Below are positions 1 to 12,653 of a DNA stretch of 64,000 nucleotides, piece by piece. The stretch is from positions 174,654,001-174,718,000 of the forward strand of contig NW_027362765.1 in the NCBI RefSeq assembly GCF_046119375.1, written 5' to 3'. The notes below the pieces were generated by a model, which was not told the origin of the DNA, searched no databases, and saw only the letters and a list, made by a program, of their open reading frames with translations. Positions within the stretch are counted from its first letter, which is position 1, and each line of letters begins with the position of its first letter. This stretch comes from Phyllobates terribilis (taxonomy: Eukaryota). Position numbers and translations under genes: made by a program.

Positions 1-2550
1 GTACACTGTTTTGTATGGGATCCAGTACCCAGTGTATACTAGTTTGCATGTGCTCCAGTCCCCATGTGTACACGATTCTGTATGTGCTCCACTCCCCAGT
101 GTACACTAGTCTATATGTGCTCCACTCCCCAGTGTATACTAGTCTATATGTGCTCCACTCCCCAGTGTATACTAGTCTATATGTGCTCCACTCCCCAGTG
201 TACACTATTCTGTATGTGCTCCAATCTCCAGTGTACACTGTTTTGTATGGGATCCAGTCCCCAGTGTACACTATTCTGTATGGGCTCCAGTCCCCAGTGT
301 ACACTATTCTATACATACTCTAGTCCCCAGTGTACACTATTCAGCATGTGCTCCAGTCCCCAGTATACGCTAGTCTGTATGGGCTCCAGTCCCCTGCATA
401 CACTATTCTGTATGTGCTCCAGTCCCCAGTGTACACTATTCTGTATGTGCTCCAGTCCCCAGTGTACACTATTCTATATGTGCTCCAGTCCCCAGTGTAC
501 ACTATTCTGTATGTGCTCCAGTCCCCAGTGTACACTATTCTGTATGTGCTCCAGTCCCCAGGGTACACTAGTCGGTATGTGCTCCAGTCCCCAGTGTACA
601 CTGATCTGTATATGCTCCGCTCCCCAGTGTACACTATTCTGCATGGGCTCCAGTCTTCATTGTACACTGTTCTGTATAAGTTCCAGTCCCCAGTGTACAC
701 TGTTTTGTATGGGATCCAGTACCCAGTGTACACTAGTTTGCATGTGCTCCAGTCCCCATGTGTACACGATTCTGTATGTGCTCCACTCCCCAGTGTACAC
801 TAGTCTATATGTGCTCCACTCCCCAGTGTATACTAGTCTATATGTGCTCCACTCCCCAGTGTATACTAGTCTATATGTGCTCCACTCCCCAGTGTACACT
901 ATTCTGTATGTGCTCCAATCTCCAGTGTACACTATTCTGTATGGGATCCAGTACCCAGTGTACACTAGTTTGCATGTGCTCCAGTCCCCATGTGTACACT
1001 AGTCTGTATGTGCTCCAGTCCCCAGTATACACTAGTCTGTATGTGCGCCAGTCCCCAGTGCACTGTTCTGTATGTGCTCCAGTCCCCAGTGTACACTGTT
1101 CTGTATGTGCTCCAGTCCCCAGTGTACACTATTTTGTATGTGCTCCAGTCCCCAGTGTACACTAGTCCGTATGTGCTCCAGTGTACACTAGTCTGTACGT
1201 GCTCCAGTCACCAGTGTACACTGTTCTGTTTGTGCTTTGGGTCCCCAGTGTACACTAGTCTGTATGTGCTCTAGTCCCCAGTGTACACTAGTCGGTATGG
1301 GCTCCAGTCCCCAGTGTACACTAGTCGGTATGTGCTCTGGGTCCTCAGTGTACACTAGTCTGTATGTGCTCCGGGTCCCCAGTGTACACTAGTCTGTATG
1401 TGCTCCAGTCCTCAGTGTACACTAGTCTGTATGTGCTTTAGTCCCCAGTGTACACTAGTCTATATGTGCTCTGGGTCTTCAGTGTACACTAGTCTGTATG
1501 TGCTCCAGTCCTCAGTGTACACTAGTCTGTATGTGCTCCAGTCCCCAGTGTACACTAGTCTGTATGTGCTCTGGATCCTCAGTGTACACTAGTTTATATG
1601 TGCTCCAGTCCCTAGTGTACACTGTTCTGTATGTGCTCCAGTCCCCAGTGTACACTAGTCTGTATGTGCTCTGGGTCCTCAGTGTACACTAGTCTGTATG
1701 TGCTCCAGTCCCCAGTGTACACTAGTCTGTATGTGCTCTGGGTCCTCAGTGTACACTAGTCTGTATGTGCTCCGGGTCCCCAGTGTACACTAGTCTGTAT
1801 GTGCTCCAGTCCTCAGTGTACACTAGTCTGTATGTGCTTTAGTCCCCAGTGTACACTAGTCTGTATGTGCTCTGGGTCTTCAGTGTACACTAGTCTGTAT
1901 GTGCTCCAGTCCTCAGTGTACACTAGTCTGTATGTGCTCCAGTCCCCAGTGTACACTAGTCTGTATGTGCTCTGGATCCTCAGTGTACACTAGTTTATAT
2001 GTGCTCCAGTCCCTAGTGTACACTGTTCTGTTTGTGCTCCAGTCCCCAGTGTACACTAGTCTGTATGTGCTCTGGGTCCTCAGTGTACACTAGTCTGTAT
2101 GTGTTCTGGTTCCTCAGTGTACACTAGTCTGTATGTGCTCCAGTCCTCAGTGTACACTAGTCTGTATGTGTTCTGGTTCCTCAGTGTACACTAGTCTGTA
2201 TGTGCTCCAGTCCTCAGTGTACACTAGTCTGTATGTGCTCCAGTCCTCAGTGTACACTAGTCTGTATGTGTTCTGGTTCCTCAGTGTACACTAGTCTGTA
2301 TGTGCTCCAGTCCTCAGTGTACACTAGTCTGTATGTGTTCTGGTTCCTCAGTGTACACTAGTCTGTATGTGCTCCAGTCCTCAGTGTACACTAGTCTGTA
2401 TGTGCTCCAGTACCCAGTGTACACTAGTCTGTATGTGTTCTGGTTCCTCAGTGTACACTAGTCTGTATGTGTTCTGGTTCCTCAGTGTACACTAGTCTGT
2501 ATGTGCTCCAGTCCTCAGTGTACACTAGTCTGTATGTGCTCCAGTCCCCA
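1..2550. repeat. 33-34 bp minisatellite (consensus CCAGTCCCCAGTGTACACTAGTCTGTATGTGCT), truncated at window start
   Basis: Unit read directly and repeated throughout; each unit contains the palindrome AGTGTACACT; explains the Cys/Tyr-rich periodic ORFs in the track. Confidence 0.97.
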
Positions 2551-3480
2551 GCCTACATTAGTCGGTGACTATCGTACAATGTCCCGATACACAATAGTGA
2601 AAGTGGGGGGCGGTATAACACACGGTCACTCGTCCTCGTACCGATAAGCTCTCCATAGCACTGGCAGCCAGTTCGCAGATTTTGCAGGAAATCCTTGTAA
2701 ATCACAGCTCCGCCCACTGAGCCCCGCCTACTCAGAAAGAGGCGGCCATAGCTCGGGATTTCTGTTACCCCACGGCTCCGCCCCCTGAGCGCCCCACACC
2801 CCAGATGTGATGAAACTTCCAGTAAGTAAGTACGCCTTCTCTCCTCCCCCAACGCCATCCATGACGTACGACTACTGTTTACGAAGTGACGTCACACGCA
2901 CAGAAACTTCCAGAACGTCTTACGTAAGACGTAATTTTTTTGCAAGTCACTGTGAGGGACTGTGCCCGTTCCTTTCTTCGCTCTGACTCTCCTTTATGAA
3001 CAAACTAGCGGCCGCTTGTCCCAATTGACCTGTGCGCAGCGGGCTGACAATGCGGGAGACAGAACAGGGTAAAGAGAGCTGAAAGCGCTTCTGCCGGCTG
3101 ATAGGTGGAGGCGAGAGCCTGTCAGTGACGTCACTCCAGCATGTTGGCGCTATGGGAGCGTGATTTGCCGCCGAACTGTCAGTGACAGTTAAGTGGTGTG
3201 GTCTCGTTCTCTCTGCCCATTGGTCTACTTTTGTATTGCTCTTCATTGATTGGTTGCCTGCAGTGAGGGCCAGTCCCCGGCCTGTGTACCTGTAGTGGGG
3301 CAGGGCTGTGATTGGTGGACGGCAGGGTTGTCTGTTTTGCCGGGTGATGCGGAAGTGATAGTCGGGCTACGGTCACACGGGCGGTGGATGCACGAGGAAG
3401 GAGGAGAGTGGAGAGACCATTCAGCGCGTGTGTGAGAGCCAGGTACCAGGGGGCGGATGGCCTGGAGATGGACGTGTGGG
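2550..3480 (+). promoter_or_regulatory. nfe2l1: CpG-rich promoter / non-coding first-exon region of NFE2L1
   Basis: CpG-dense island upstream of the first coding exon. GC boxes (CCGCCC near 2711 and 2778), two perfect CREs TGACGTCA (2887-2894, 3126-3133), TTACGTAA (2920-2927), CCAAT (3021), ETS CGGAAGTG (3350), candidate donor CA|GTAAGT at 2821/2822. Exact TSS and exon 1 not determinable. Confidence 0.7.
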
Positions 3481-3984
3481 CGATGGAAAGACGCAGTCTA
3501 GGGGGCACTAGCTTCAGTCTGATACACGGGCTGCTGTGTGAACGGGCACCTGTCTATTGCATCACTGCACAGTACATAATAATGTGCGGTGACAGCAGAC
3601 TCTATACCCGAGCTATTGTTCTCTGTTATCAGCCAGCTTATTTGGGCGGTGGACGAGAACTCCGTTTCTGTTTCGTGCTTTACTATTGGAAAGTCCCTAG
3701 GATCCTCCCTGTATAACCAGACCTCATCTAATGCCCCCCCCTCCACGTGTGGTCTTCTCATAGACGAAGGTCAGGGTGTATAATATAGGGGGATCGCAGG
3801 GAATCTGGTGGAGGAGGGGATACTAGTCTGTATACGGGGGAGGGGCGGCTCCTGGTGTAAGCCCGTACACTTTAGACTGTGCCCTGTGATCCGGTCCCTC
3901 CACACCCCACAGCACAGTGTGTGACACAAGGGTTTCATCATCTCATGTCTTCTGCTGTGAGAGAGAGAGGAGCAAAAGCTTGAG

Positions 3985-6270
3985 ATCTGGCAGAGCGGTG
4001 TGTGTATAATATGTCTGAGATGTGATAGAGCGGTGTGTGTATAATATGTCTGAGATGTGATAGAGCGGTGTGTGTATAATATGTCTGTGAGATGCGATAG
4101 AGCGGTGTGTGTATATATGTCTGTGAGATGTGATAGAGCGGTGTGTGTATATAATATGTCTGTGAGATGTGATAGAGCGGTGTGTGTATATAATATGTCT
4201 GTGAGATGTGATAGAGCGGTGTGTGTATATAATATGTCTGTGAGATGCGATAGAGCGGTGTGTGTATAATATGTCTGTGAGATGCGATAGAGCGGTGTGT
4301 GTATATATGTCTGTGAGATGCGATAGAGCGGTGTGTGTATATAATATGTCTGTGAGATGCGATAGAGCGGTGTGTGTATATAATATGTCTGTGAGATGTG
4401 ATAGAGCGGTGTGTGTATATAATATGTCTGTGAGATGCGATAGAGCGGTGTGTGTATATAATGTGTCTGTGAGATGCGATAGAGCGGTGTGTGTATATAA
4501 TATGTCTGTGAGATGCGATAGAGCGGTGTGTGTATATAATATGTCTGTGAGATGCGATAGAGCGGTGTGTGTATATAATGTGTCTGTGAGATGCGATAGA
4601 GCGGTGTGTGTATATAATGTGTCTGTGAGATGCGATAGAGCGGTGTGTGTATATAATATGTCTGTGAGATGTGATAGAGCGGTGTGTGTATATAATGTGT
4701 CTGTGAGATGCGATAGAGCGGTGTGTGTATATAATATGTCTGTGAGATGCGATAGAGCGGTGTGTGTATATAATGTGTCTGTGAGATGTGATAGAGCGGT
4801 GTGTGTATATAATATGTCTGTGAGATGCGATAGAGCGGTGTGTGTATATAATGTGTCTGTGAGATGCGATAGAGCGGTGTGTGTATATAATATGTCTGTG
4901 AGATGCGATAGAGCGGTGTGTGTATATAATATGTCTGTGAGATGCGATAGAGCGGTGTGTGTATATAATGTGTCTGTGAGATGCGATAGAGCGGTGTGTG
5001 TATATAATGTGTCTGTGAGATGCGATAGAGCGGTGTGTGTATATAATGTGTCTGTGAGATGCGATAGAGCGGTGTGTGTATATAATGTGTCTGTGAGATG
5101 CGATAGAGCGGTGTGTGTATATAATGTGTCTGTGAGATGCGATAGAGCGGTGTGTGTATATAATGTGTCTGTGAGATGCGATAGAGCGGTGTGTGTATAT
5201 AATGTGTCTGTGAGATGCGATAGAGCGGTGTGTGTATATAATGTGTCTGTGAGATGCGATAGAGCGGTGTGTGTATATAATGTGTCTGTGAGATGCGATA
5301 GAGCGGTGTGTGTATATAATGTGTCTGTGAGATGCGATAGAGCGGTGTGTGTATATAATGTGTCTGTGAGATGCGATAGAGCGGTGTGTGTATATAATGT
5401 GTCTGTGAGATGCGATAGAGCGGTGTGTGTATATAATGTGTCTGTGAGATGCGATAGAGCGGTGTGTGTATATAATGTGTCTGTGAGATGTGATAGAGCG
5501 GTGTGTGTATATAATGTGTCTGTGAGATGCGATAGAGCGGTGTGTGTATATAATGTGTCTGTGAGATGCGATAGAGCGGTGTGTGTATATAATGTGTCTG
5601 TGAGATGCGATAGAGCGGTGTGTGTATATAATGTGTCTGTGAGATGCGATAGAGCGGTGTGTGTATATAATGTGTCTGTGAGATGCGATAGAGCGGTGTG
5701 TGTATATAATGTGTCTGTGAGATGCGATAGAGCGGTGTGTGTATATAATGTGTCTGTGAGATGTGATAGAGCGGTGTGTGTATATAATGTGTCTGTGAGA
5801 TGCGATAGAGCGGTGTGTGTATATAATGTGTCTGTGAGATGTGATAGAGCGGTGTGTGTATATAATGTGTCTGTGAGATGCGATAGAGCGGTGTGTGTAT
5901 ATAATGTGTCTGTGAGATGCGATAGAGCGGTGTGTGTATATAATGTGTCTGTGAGATGTGATAGAGCGGTGTGTGTATATAATGTGTCTGTGAGATGCGA
6001 TAGAGCGGTGTGTGTATATAATGTGTCTGTGAGATGTGATAGAGCGGTGTGTGTATATAATGTGTCTGTGAGATGTGATAGAGCGGTGTGTGTATATAAT
6101 GTGTCTGTGAGATGTGATAGAGCGGTGTGTGTATATAATGTGTCTGTGAGATGCGATAGAGCGGTGTGTGTATATAATGTGTCTGTGAGATGTGATAGAG
6201 CGGTGTGTGTATATAATGTGTCTGTGAGATGTGATAGAGCGGTGTGTATGTAATGTGTCTGTGAGATCTG
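3985..6270. repeat. 39 bp minisatellite (GAGATGCGATAGAGCGGTGTGTGTATATAATGTGTCTGT), about 58 units, in NFE2L1 intron 1
   Basis: Unit read directly; 13-aa periodicity in the spurious ORFs 3938-6280 and 4262-6253. Confidence 0.97.
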
Positions 6271-7106
6271 GTAGAGCCATGTGTATACTATTTATATATA
6301 ATTTGTAAACAAAAAAGGATATAGACGTTCATTCCAATATAATGTATTAATATCCTTCAGACAAAATGAGGAAACCCAACTACACTAAACTATTTCTCAT
6401 TCCTCATTCTACATTAATAATTTAAATAAGGAGATCAAAGTACTCAGTAAATCTGCTATTTCAAATTTTTATTTGTTATCACAAGACATACAAACACCCC
6501 ATAAAATCATGTCAAAAACCCCTAAGACATAGAAAGCCCCAATAAAATTGAGGCAGTGTGGTCAAAAGATATCACTGTAAGCACAAAAAATAAATACAGT
6601 TCAGAAAATAGGGATGTAAGACTATATCAGTAGAGTTCCAAACCTCTTAGTTTCGTGGGATATGCCCCATGGCCCAGCCATTAGATTATCACAAAACATG
6701 TGTAAATAGAATACATACCCATATATATAAGCCATAAAAATATCATATGACATGTACAAATTCTCATATTTTGAGGGATATATTCTCATATGGGATTATC
6801 ATATAACATATATAGACAAAGTACAGGTCCCCATAATTTGAGGGAAATATCCTCCTGTACAAGTCATTAGATTATCGTGTAACACATGTAAGTAAAGTAT
6901 AAATCCTCATAGTTTGAGGGATATCTCCCATATACAAGCCAGTAGAATAATCACAGTAGTTACATCAGTTACAGCTTACATATGGAACACATAAGATAGT
7001 GCATATCAGAATCCTCATCAGCAATCAAGTGATATCAGCATTATAGTACCCCCAAGGCAGGCATAATACAAACCAATGCCAGAGTGTTGTAAGACCACAC
7101 TGCCTC

Positions 7107-7149
7107 GTACCCCAACGCGCGTTTCGCGTGCTGCTTCGTCGGGGGGTAC
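7107..7149 (-). ncRNA. Minimal type I hammerhead ribozyme motif, core variant U4C (left-arm copy)
   Basis: Minus strand GTACCCC-CCGACGA-AGCAGCACGC-GAAA-C-GCGC-G-TT-GGGGTAC. Helix I extends to about 16 bp with one bulge (CACTGCCTC-T-GTACCCC / GGGGTAC-GAGGCAGTG); palindromic GCGC loop III. Confidence 0.7.
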
Positions 7150-7977
7150 AGAGGCAGTGCCACACCTGATATATTTATATAAAGAAAGGAGTGAAGCACA
7201 CCTGTTATTCCCTCTGTGTATTAGGGCGCACGCATGCCGTCCATGGCGCGTCGCCATCGCTCGGCCGGCGTCCAGGAAGTCGAAATGCGCATGCGCGCAT
7301 ATCGGTTCCTGATAGGACGCCAGTTGAGGGATGCGAGGCCGCCATGACGCGTCACGCGCGCGCACCACACCGGGTCCGTGCACACTCCATATTAAGTCTG
7401 GGCAAAGTTGCCCTCAAACCCTATCCATACATAAACAATACAATTTGGTAATACATAGTAGATGCATCTTTAAGTCCATCACGATGACGTTATCTTTCCA
7501 CTTGATGATTCACATTTTAACCCATCCTGCATTTTTAAAGAAAATAGAAAAGTAATAATATACATTCCAGATGAGCAGAAAGAAAATAATAATAATAAAT
7601 GCAGAGTTCTACATCAGAATGGTATCTACAATGAAATAATTATAGAATTCTCCTGATATTATTATATAGAATGTACATATCATCACAAATAATTATAAAA
7701 ATATTGTTGTAAAATTATATTAAAGTAAAAAATCATCTTGATGAAGTATAAAGTATCAATATACATATCTAAGTAGATAAATAATTATATTTCATGAATG
7801 ATCGACATCCATATAATAACCCATATTGTATGTATAAAGATAAATGATCACAGTGATCAAAGTGACATATCAAGATAGGGAATATAGATAACCAGGAGTA
7901 GCAACATAAAAGGTACAGTGTAGTGGGACAAGGCATAACCGCAACAGTGCCATCACATTCCATCCCATTATAAAAGG

Positions 7978-8163
7978 TCACACCAGAAATGGCGCAAAGC
8001 TCACTGAATCATTTAGGCCCTTCGGTTTAATTGTATCAAGGATAGTGATCCATTTTGCTTCAGTTTTATGTAACAGATTTTTAGCATCTCCGCCCCTTGC
8101 TCCCAATCGGATCTGGTCAATTGCTCGAAAACGTAAAAGGCGCCAATTGCAGTTATGCAGTTC
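7978..8163 (-). pseudogene. C-terminal fragment of PLE GIY-YIG endonuclease (not in the ORF track)
   Basis: Manual translation of the minus strand: ELHNCNWRLLRFRAIDQIRLGARGGDAKNLLHKTEAKWITILDTIKPKGLNDSVSFAPFLV*. This matches the typical PLE C-terminal pattern H...L.F..ID...RGGD...L...E..WI..L.T..P.GLN. Confidence 0.85.
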
Positions 8164-8371
8164 ACGTGACGCGTCATGGCGGCCTCGCCTCCCTCAACTG
8201 GCGTCCTATCAGGAACTGATATGCGCGCATGCGCATTTCGACTTCCTGGACGCCGGCCGAGCGATGGCGACGCGCCATGGACGGCATGCGTGCGCCCTAA
8301 TACACAGAGGGAATAACAGGTGTGCTTCACTCCTTTCTTTATATAAATATATCAGGTGTGGCACTGCCTCT

Positions 8372-8414
8372 GTACCCCCCGACGAAGCAGCACGCGAAAC
8401 GCGCGTTGGGGTAC
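8372..8414 (+). ncRNA. Minimal type I hammerhead ribozyme motif, core variant U4C (right-arm copy)
   Basis: GTACCCC CCGACGA AGCAGCACGC GAAA CGCGCG TT GGGGTAC read directly on the + strand; same orientation as the NFE2L1 pre-mRNA. Confidence 0.7.
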
Positions 8415-9717
8415 GGGGCAGTGTGGTCTTACAACACTCTGGCATTGGTTTGTATTATGCCTGCCTTGGGGGTACAATAATGCTGATATCACTTGATTGC
8501 TGATAAGGATTCTGATATGATCCTTATGATTGGTGATATGCACCCGGTTTTATGTACTATCTTATGTGTTCCATATGTAAGCTGTAACTGATGTAACTAC
8601 TGTGATTATTCTACTGGCTTGTATATGGGAGATATCCCTCAAACTATGAGGATTTATACTTTACTTACATGTGTTACACGATAATCTAATGACTTGTACA
8701 GGAGGATATTTCCCTCAAATTATGGGGACCTGTACTTTGTCTATATATGTTATATGATAATCCCATATGAGAATATATCCCTCAAAATATGAGAATTTGT
8801 ACTTTTTTGTACATGTCATATGATATTTTTATGGCTTATATATATGGGTATGTATTCTATTTACACATGTTTTGTGATAATCTAATGGCTGTGACATGGG
8901 GCATATCCCACGAAACTAAGAGGTTTGGAACTCTACTGATATAGTCTTACATCCCTATTTTCTGAACTGTATTTATTTTTTGTGCTTACAGTGATATCTT
9001 TTGACCACACTGCCTCAATTTTATTGGGGCTCTCTATGTCTTAGTGGTTTTTGACATGATTTTATGGGGTGTTTGTATGTCTTGTGATAACATAAATAAA
9101 AATTTGAAATAGCAGATTTATTTATATATAATGTCTGTGTGCACAGGGATGGTCCTTTCTGTCTGCTGGTGCTATATGTACTAGTAGGAACGTACCATTA
9201 TTTCCAGGGGTAGGTGACGTCCCTGACACCATGTATCTGTTCCTTCATTACATAAATATCATAAGATAAGTACCCGGCCTATAACGTCAGCTGGGAGACT
9301 ACTGCTCCCATCATGCAGGCAGTACATGCAGTTGGGCCGCACACTGAGTGTCCTGTTGATTCTGTGCTGTGGTTACTTGCTGCCGCTCGCCTGTCCACAT
9401 CTCTGGCACTAGTTTCTGCTACAACAAAAGCTTTGATGGACGGCCCTGAATTACCAGTCAGATGAGTTCAGGGTGCACTGAATGTAGGTCAGCGACTACC
9501 TGGGTGAAGGGTGGCTGAGATACCGCTGCTATGATGCAATGCTTCTGTAATTCTACACTGTTTGGAAAGCATTTTCTGCATTTTCCGCTTCCCTTCATGA
9601 ATGATCAGTTTTAGCCTCTAACACTTTCCTGTTTCCCTCTCTTTCAGGACACAGCTCATCCCTGTGTGCAGGAAAGTGCGAGTGTTGGGGGTCCCTTCTT
9701 CCCTGGGGCTCCCAGAC

Positions 9718-10209
9718 ATGCTGTCTTTGAAGAAGTATCTGACGGAGGGTCTTATCCAGTTCACTATACTGTTGAGCCTCATGGGTGTGCGTGTGGACTT
9801 GGACGCCTACCTGCCCTCTCACCTCCCCCCTCTGCATGAGATTATCTTGGGGCCTACTTCTGCCTATACTCAGACACAGTTCCACAGCCTCCGCGGCACC
9901 ACAGATGGCTACGGAGTGCACCCCAAGAGCGTGGACTTAGACCAGTTTTTCACCTCCCGTAGACTGTTAAGCCGTATGCGTGCCCTTGACAGGCTGCAAG
10001 TGCCCAGCACAGAACTTGATGCCTGGCTAGTGCACAGGGAGGCGGACAGCTCTGTTTCCAGCGCTCAGACCGGCTCCAGCCTATCCCCAGAAGGCCCTCA
10101 GGATCTCCCCTCTTCGGACAGCAGCCTCAGAGACAATAGAGAGTCAGAGCAAGGAACCGATGAGCTGGGAGCGACCGCACCATCTGAAAGCTCAGAGCTA
10201 AACAAGGAG
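9718..10209 (+). CDS. nfe2l1: NFE2L1 (Nrf1/TCF11) coding exon 1: NHB1 membrane anchor and N-terminal domain
   Basis: MLSLKKYLTEGLIQFTILLSLMGVRVDLD...AWLVH matches the vertebrate NFE2L1 N-terminus including the W|LVH DDI2 cleavage context; acceptor TTTCAG| before 9648, donor GAG|GTAAG after 10209; 164 codons. Confidence 0.97.
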
Positions 10210-12653
10210 GTAAGAAGCAAGCTGAACCCCGAAACCTGGCTGCTGATGAGCCCCCATATGTTAACTTCTCATGCTATACTTCTTGAATCTGGGATCATGG
10301 CTGCTACAATAGAGCCGGTGTAGCTGAGATTATATATAACTGATTCAGAGAAAGTAAGGCCACTATTTTGCAAAATTGACCAGTGACTACCTTGTTCCAC
10401 CATGTGACTTTTTCAAGGAGTTAAACCAGCTCTGCAGCCAAAGAGTTCCAGATGTTAGTCTCCTGGTCCCATATGCATATTATTTATTTGAGGATACCGT
10501 TTCCATTAACTGCAGTAATACCTTGCTTTTCAAGGGAATCAGATTTTCCCCAAAAATGTCTTCTTTTTTTTTTTTAATTCTTCTAAATCAACCTAGGGTG
10601 GTTGGCAAAGGATCATGGCCTGGATATACCCGATAGTGTGGTCACATGCCTGGACTTGTGTACGGATATGTTTATGCAGCATTTGATGTGGAGGGTGGGG
10701 GCTGTTGTTCTCCTGCTCTCTGACATACGAGTCTGGCGGAGTCTGCAATGCAGACAGGAATAGGGTCACCTTACATTGCTTCAGAGCCAACATCATCATC
10801 TCCAACATTAAACGTGGGCTAGGGAAATGTTTCCAGGAGTCTTAATATTGTGCCCGTACAGTGTGTGCACAGATCATATTACATGGTGGAGAAACATCGG
10901 GTCACGTGAAACCCTCATGTTTAATTATGAGGCTCTACACTTGTAGATCTAACCCCAGAGAGCCCCTCATCTACCCGCAGGGATCAGGGTGGGATTAGAG
11001 CGGCACTTGATCTGTGTGGCTGTGGAGCGCATGTGTGCTATTAGCTGCCGGGGTACAAATACCATGTATGTTATGTTTTATAATAGCTGTATAATTCATG
11101 CTGTGTCTATAGTGTAAGAATCAAATAATTATGATGATAAACACTGAATAAAAACTGCACGTAATACTAAATTCAAGAACCTCTAAAACCATGTGGCTGA
11201 GGTTTGATGGACCCAGAATGTAGATCCCGGTACTATTAAAACCTCACAGAGGGCACTGCTGTTACTTTACAGCTTTGGCCAAGGTGCAGGCTTTCTAGCC
11301 TTTGCCTCTAGTACCAAAAATGAGCCTCAGTAAGAGTTCTTTCCAATAAAATCAACTTTTCTTGGTGTATTACATATACTGTACTGTGCCTGATATTCCG
11401 TCTAATAAAAAAAAAAAAAAATGACAACTGGGTGTGACCTTATACAGTGTGTACTGCCAGCACCGATTGGACAGTGCCAGTGTCCAACAGTACCCAACTG
11501 GTAACACCCGATTGTCGATATTTTTGTAAGTGGAATAACATGAACAGCGCGACCCAGATCTATGAGAAAAGTTGTTGTGTTACAGGGACTACAAATATCT
11601 GATAAAGCAGACATCTGGAGAGGTGGCCAGGCACGCCACAGTAAAGGCTACAAGAAACTTTGTGCATTGTTTTCTTGGGGTAGCTGTCTTTGGTACATAC
11701 CCCTCCTACTTCTGCACTTGTGAGAGCAGTGGGTGTAGTGCGCCCATCTAGTCTGCTTTTTACCTTGGCGGAGTGTGCCCATCTAGTCTGCTTTTTACCT
11801 TGGCACTGTACACTAATGCTTCCTTAAATAGAACTTGTCTTGATCAGATTCCTTTTACATTTACTTGCTATAACCTGAAATGCTACGTTCACTGTTGCTA
11901 TAGGTTTCCCTGACCCTTTCCTGCCCTGCATCCGATCTTTAGGGGACATTTTGAATTGCACAGTCCAGCTTTTCCATCTCCTGTTGGAGAGGATTTGGTG
12001 CTGAAGGGACCAGCAGCTGTTAATGGTGTCACACAGGAGCATGAGCAGAGGTGCCAGGTTTGCCCTTGCACAATATAGCATGTCTCGGGGTTTTAGAACC
12101 TGCTTACATGGTATCCGGCAGTGCTCACACAGGATGGGGCAGTCTTATGACCGGACGTGAATATCGGCAGCACAGGATGGCATTACATACCCTCACACGG
12201 TGCCAGACTTGTATGGTTGCCATTAATGTGAATGCCCTGTGTATGATATATATTTGTGTTGCCCATTGTGTCCCCAGCTTTCTGCAGATTGTATTAGGTG
12301 GGGATCAGCCATGTGCAGCTGACACAAGAACAGGACGCAATGACGTCTCCTGGGGCTGTAAACTTGACAGTGACCTTGAGAGCCTCGTGAGGAGGACACT
12401 GCTGTAACCGGTCATGGAAGGTTTTTCCTACAATAGTGGCTAAATATTTAACAGCACCATCATTTGTAGATATAATCAGACTTTATAGTAGGGCAGTCTA
12501 TATGGCAAGCCATAACATGAAGGCAACTGAGTGTGTCATAGCTATTGAATTACAGCGCTGCAGCTTGGCGTGAGCAGCTTGTGCCTCTGTCTGGACCTGT
12601 CCTTTTTACTTGGATGATAAAATAAATATTTCCATCTTTTTCCTCCTTTCCAG

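Larger units (their letters stand above)
6303..9118 (-). mobile_element. 5'-truncated Penelope-like retroelement (PLE) with an inverted copy of its terminal region (fold-back)
   Basis: Inverted arms 6448-7356 and 8165-9120 (near-identical apart from two small indels); 14-bp direct repeat TATTTATATATAAT at 6289-6302 and 9119-9132 (TSD); GIY-YIG C-terminal remnant in the spacer; hammerhead motif in each arm. Confidence 0.88.

Noticed and set aside
15-2093. Cys/Tyr-rich periodic ORFs
   Set aside because: Translations of the 33-bp minisatellite; open in several frames and on both strands, with no domain or splice support.
3045-3053. ARE core TGACAATGC in the NFE2L1 promoter (autoregulation)
   Set aside because: Only six fixed bases, expected by chance every few kb, with no flanking support.
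1-3900. COPZ2 / miR-152, expected upstream of NFE2L1 by mammalian synteny
   Set aside because: No recognisable exons or miRNA hairpin in the window.
3938-6280. 780-aa and 663-aa repeat ORFs (HRSIASHRHIIYT / VSVRCDRAVCVYN)
   Set aside because: Artefact of a stop-free 39-bp (multiple of 3) unit inside an intron.
7018-8503. Mirror-image ORFs (7076-7312 + and 8209-8445 -, among others)
   Set aside because: They are identical only because of the inverted arms of the PLE; the only protein-like signal is the GIY-YIG remnant at 7978-8163.
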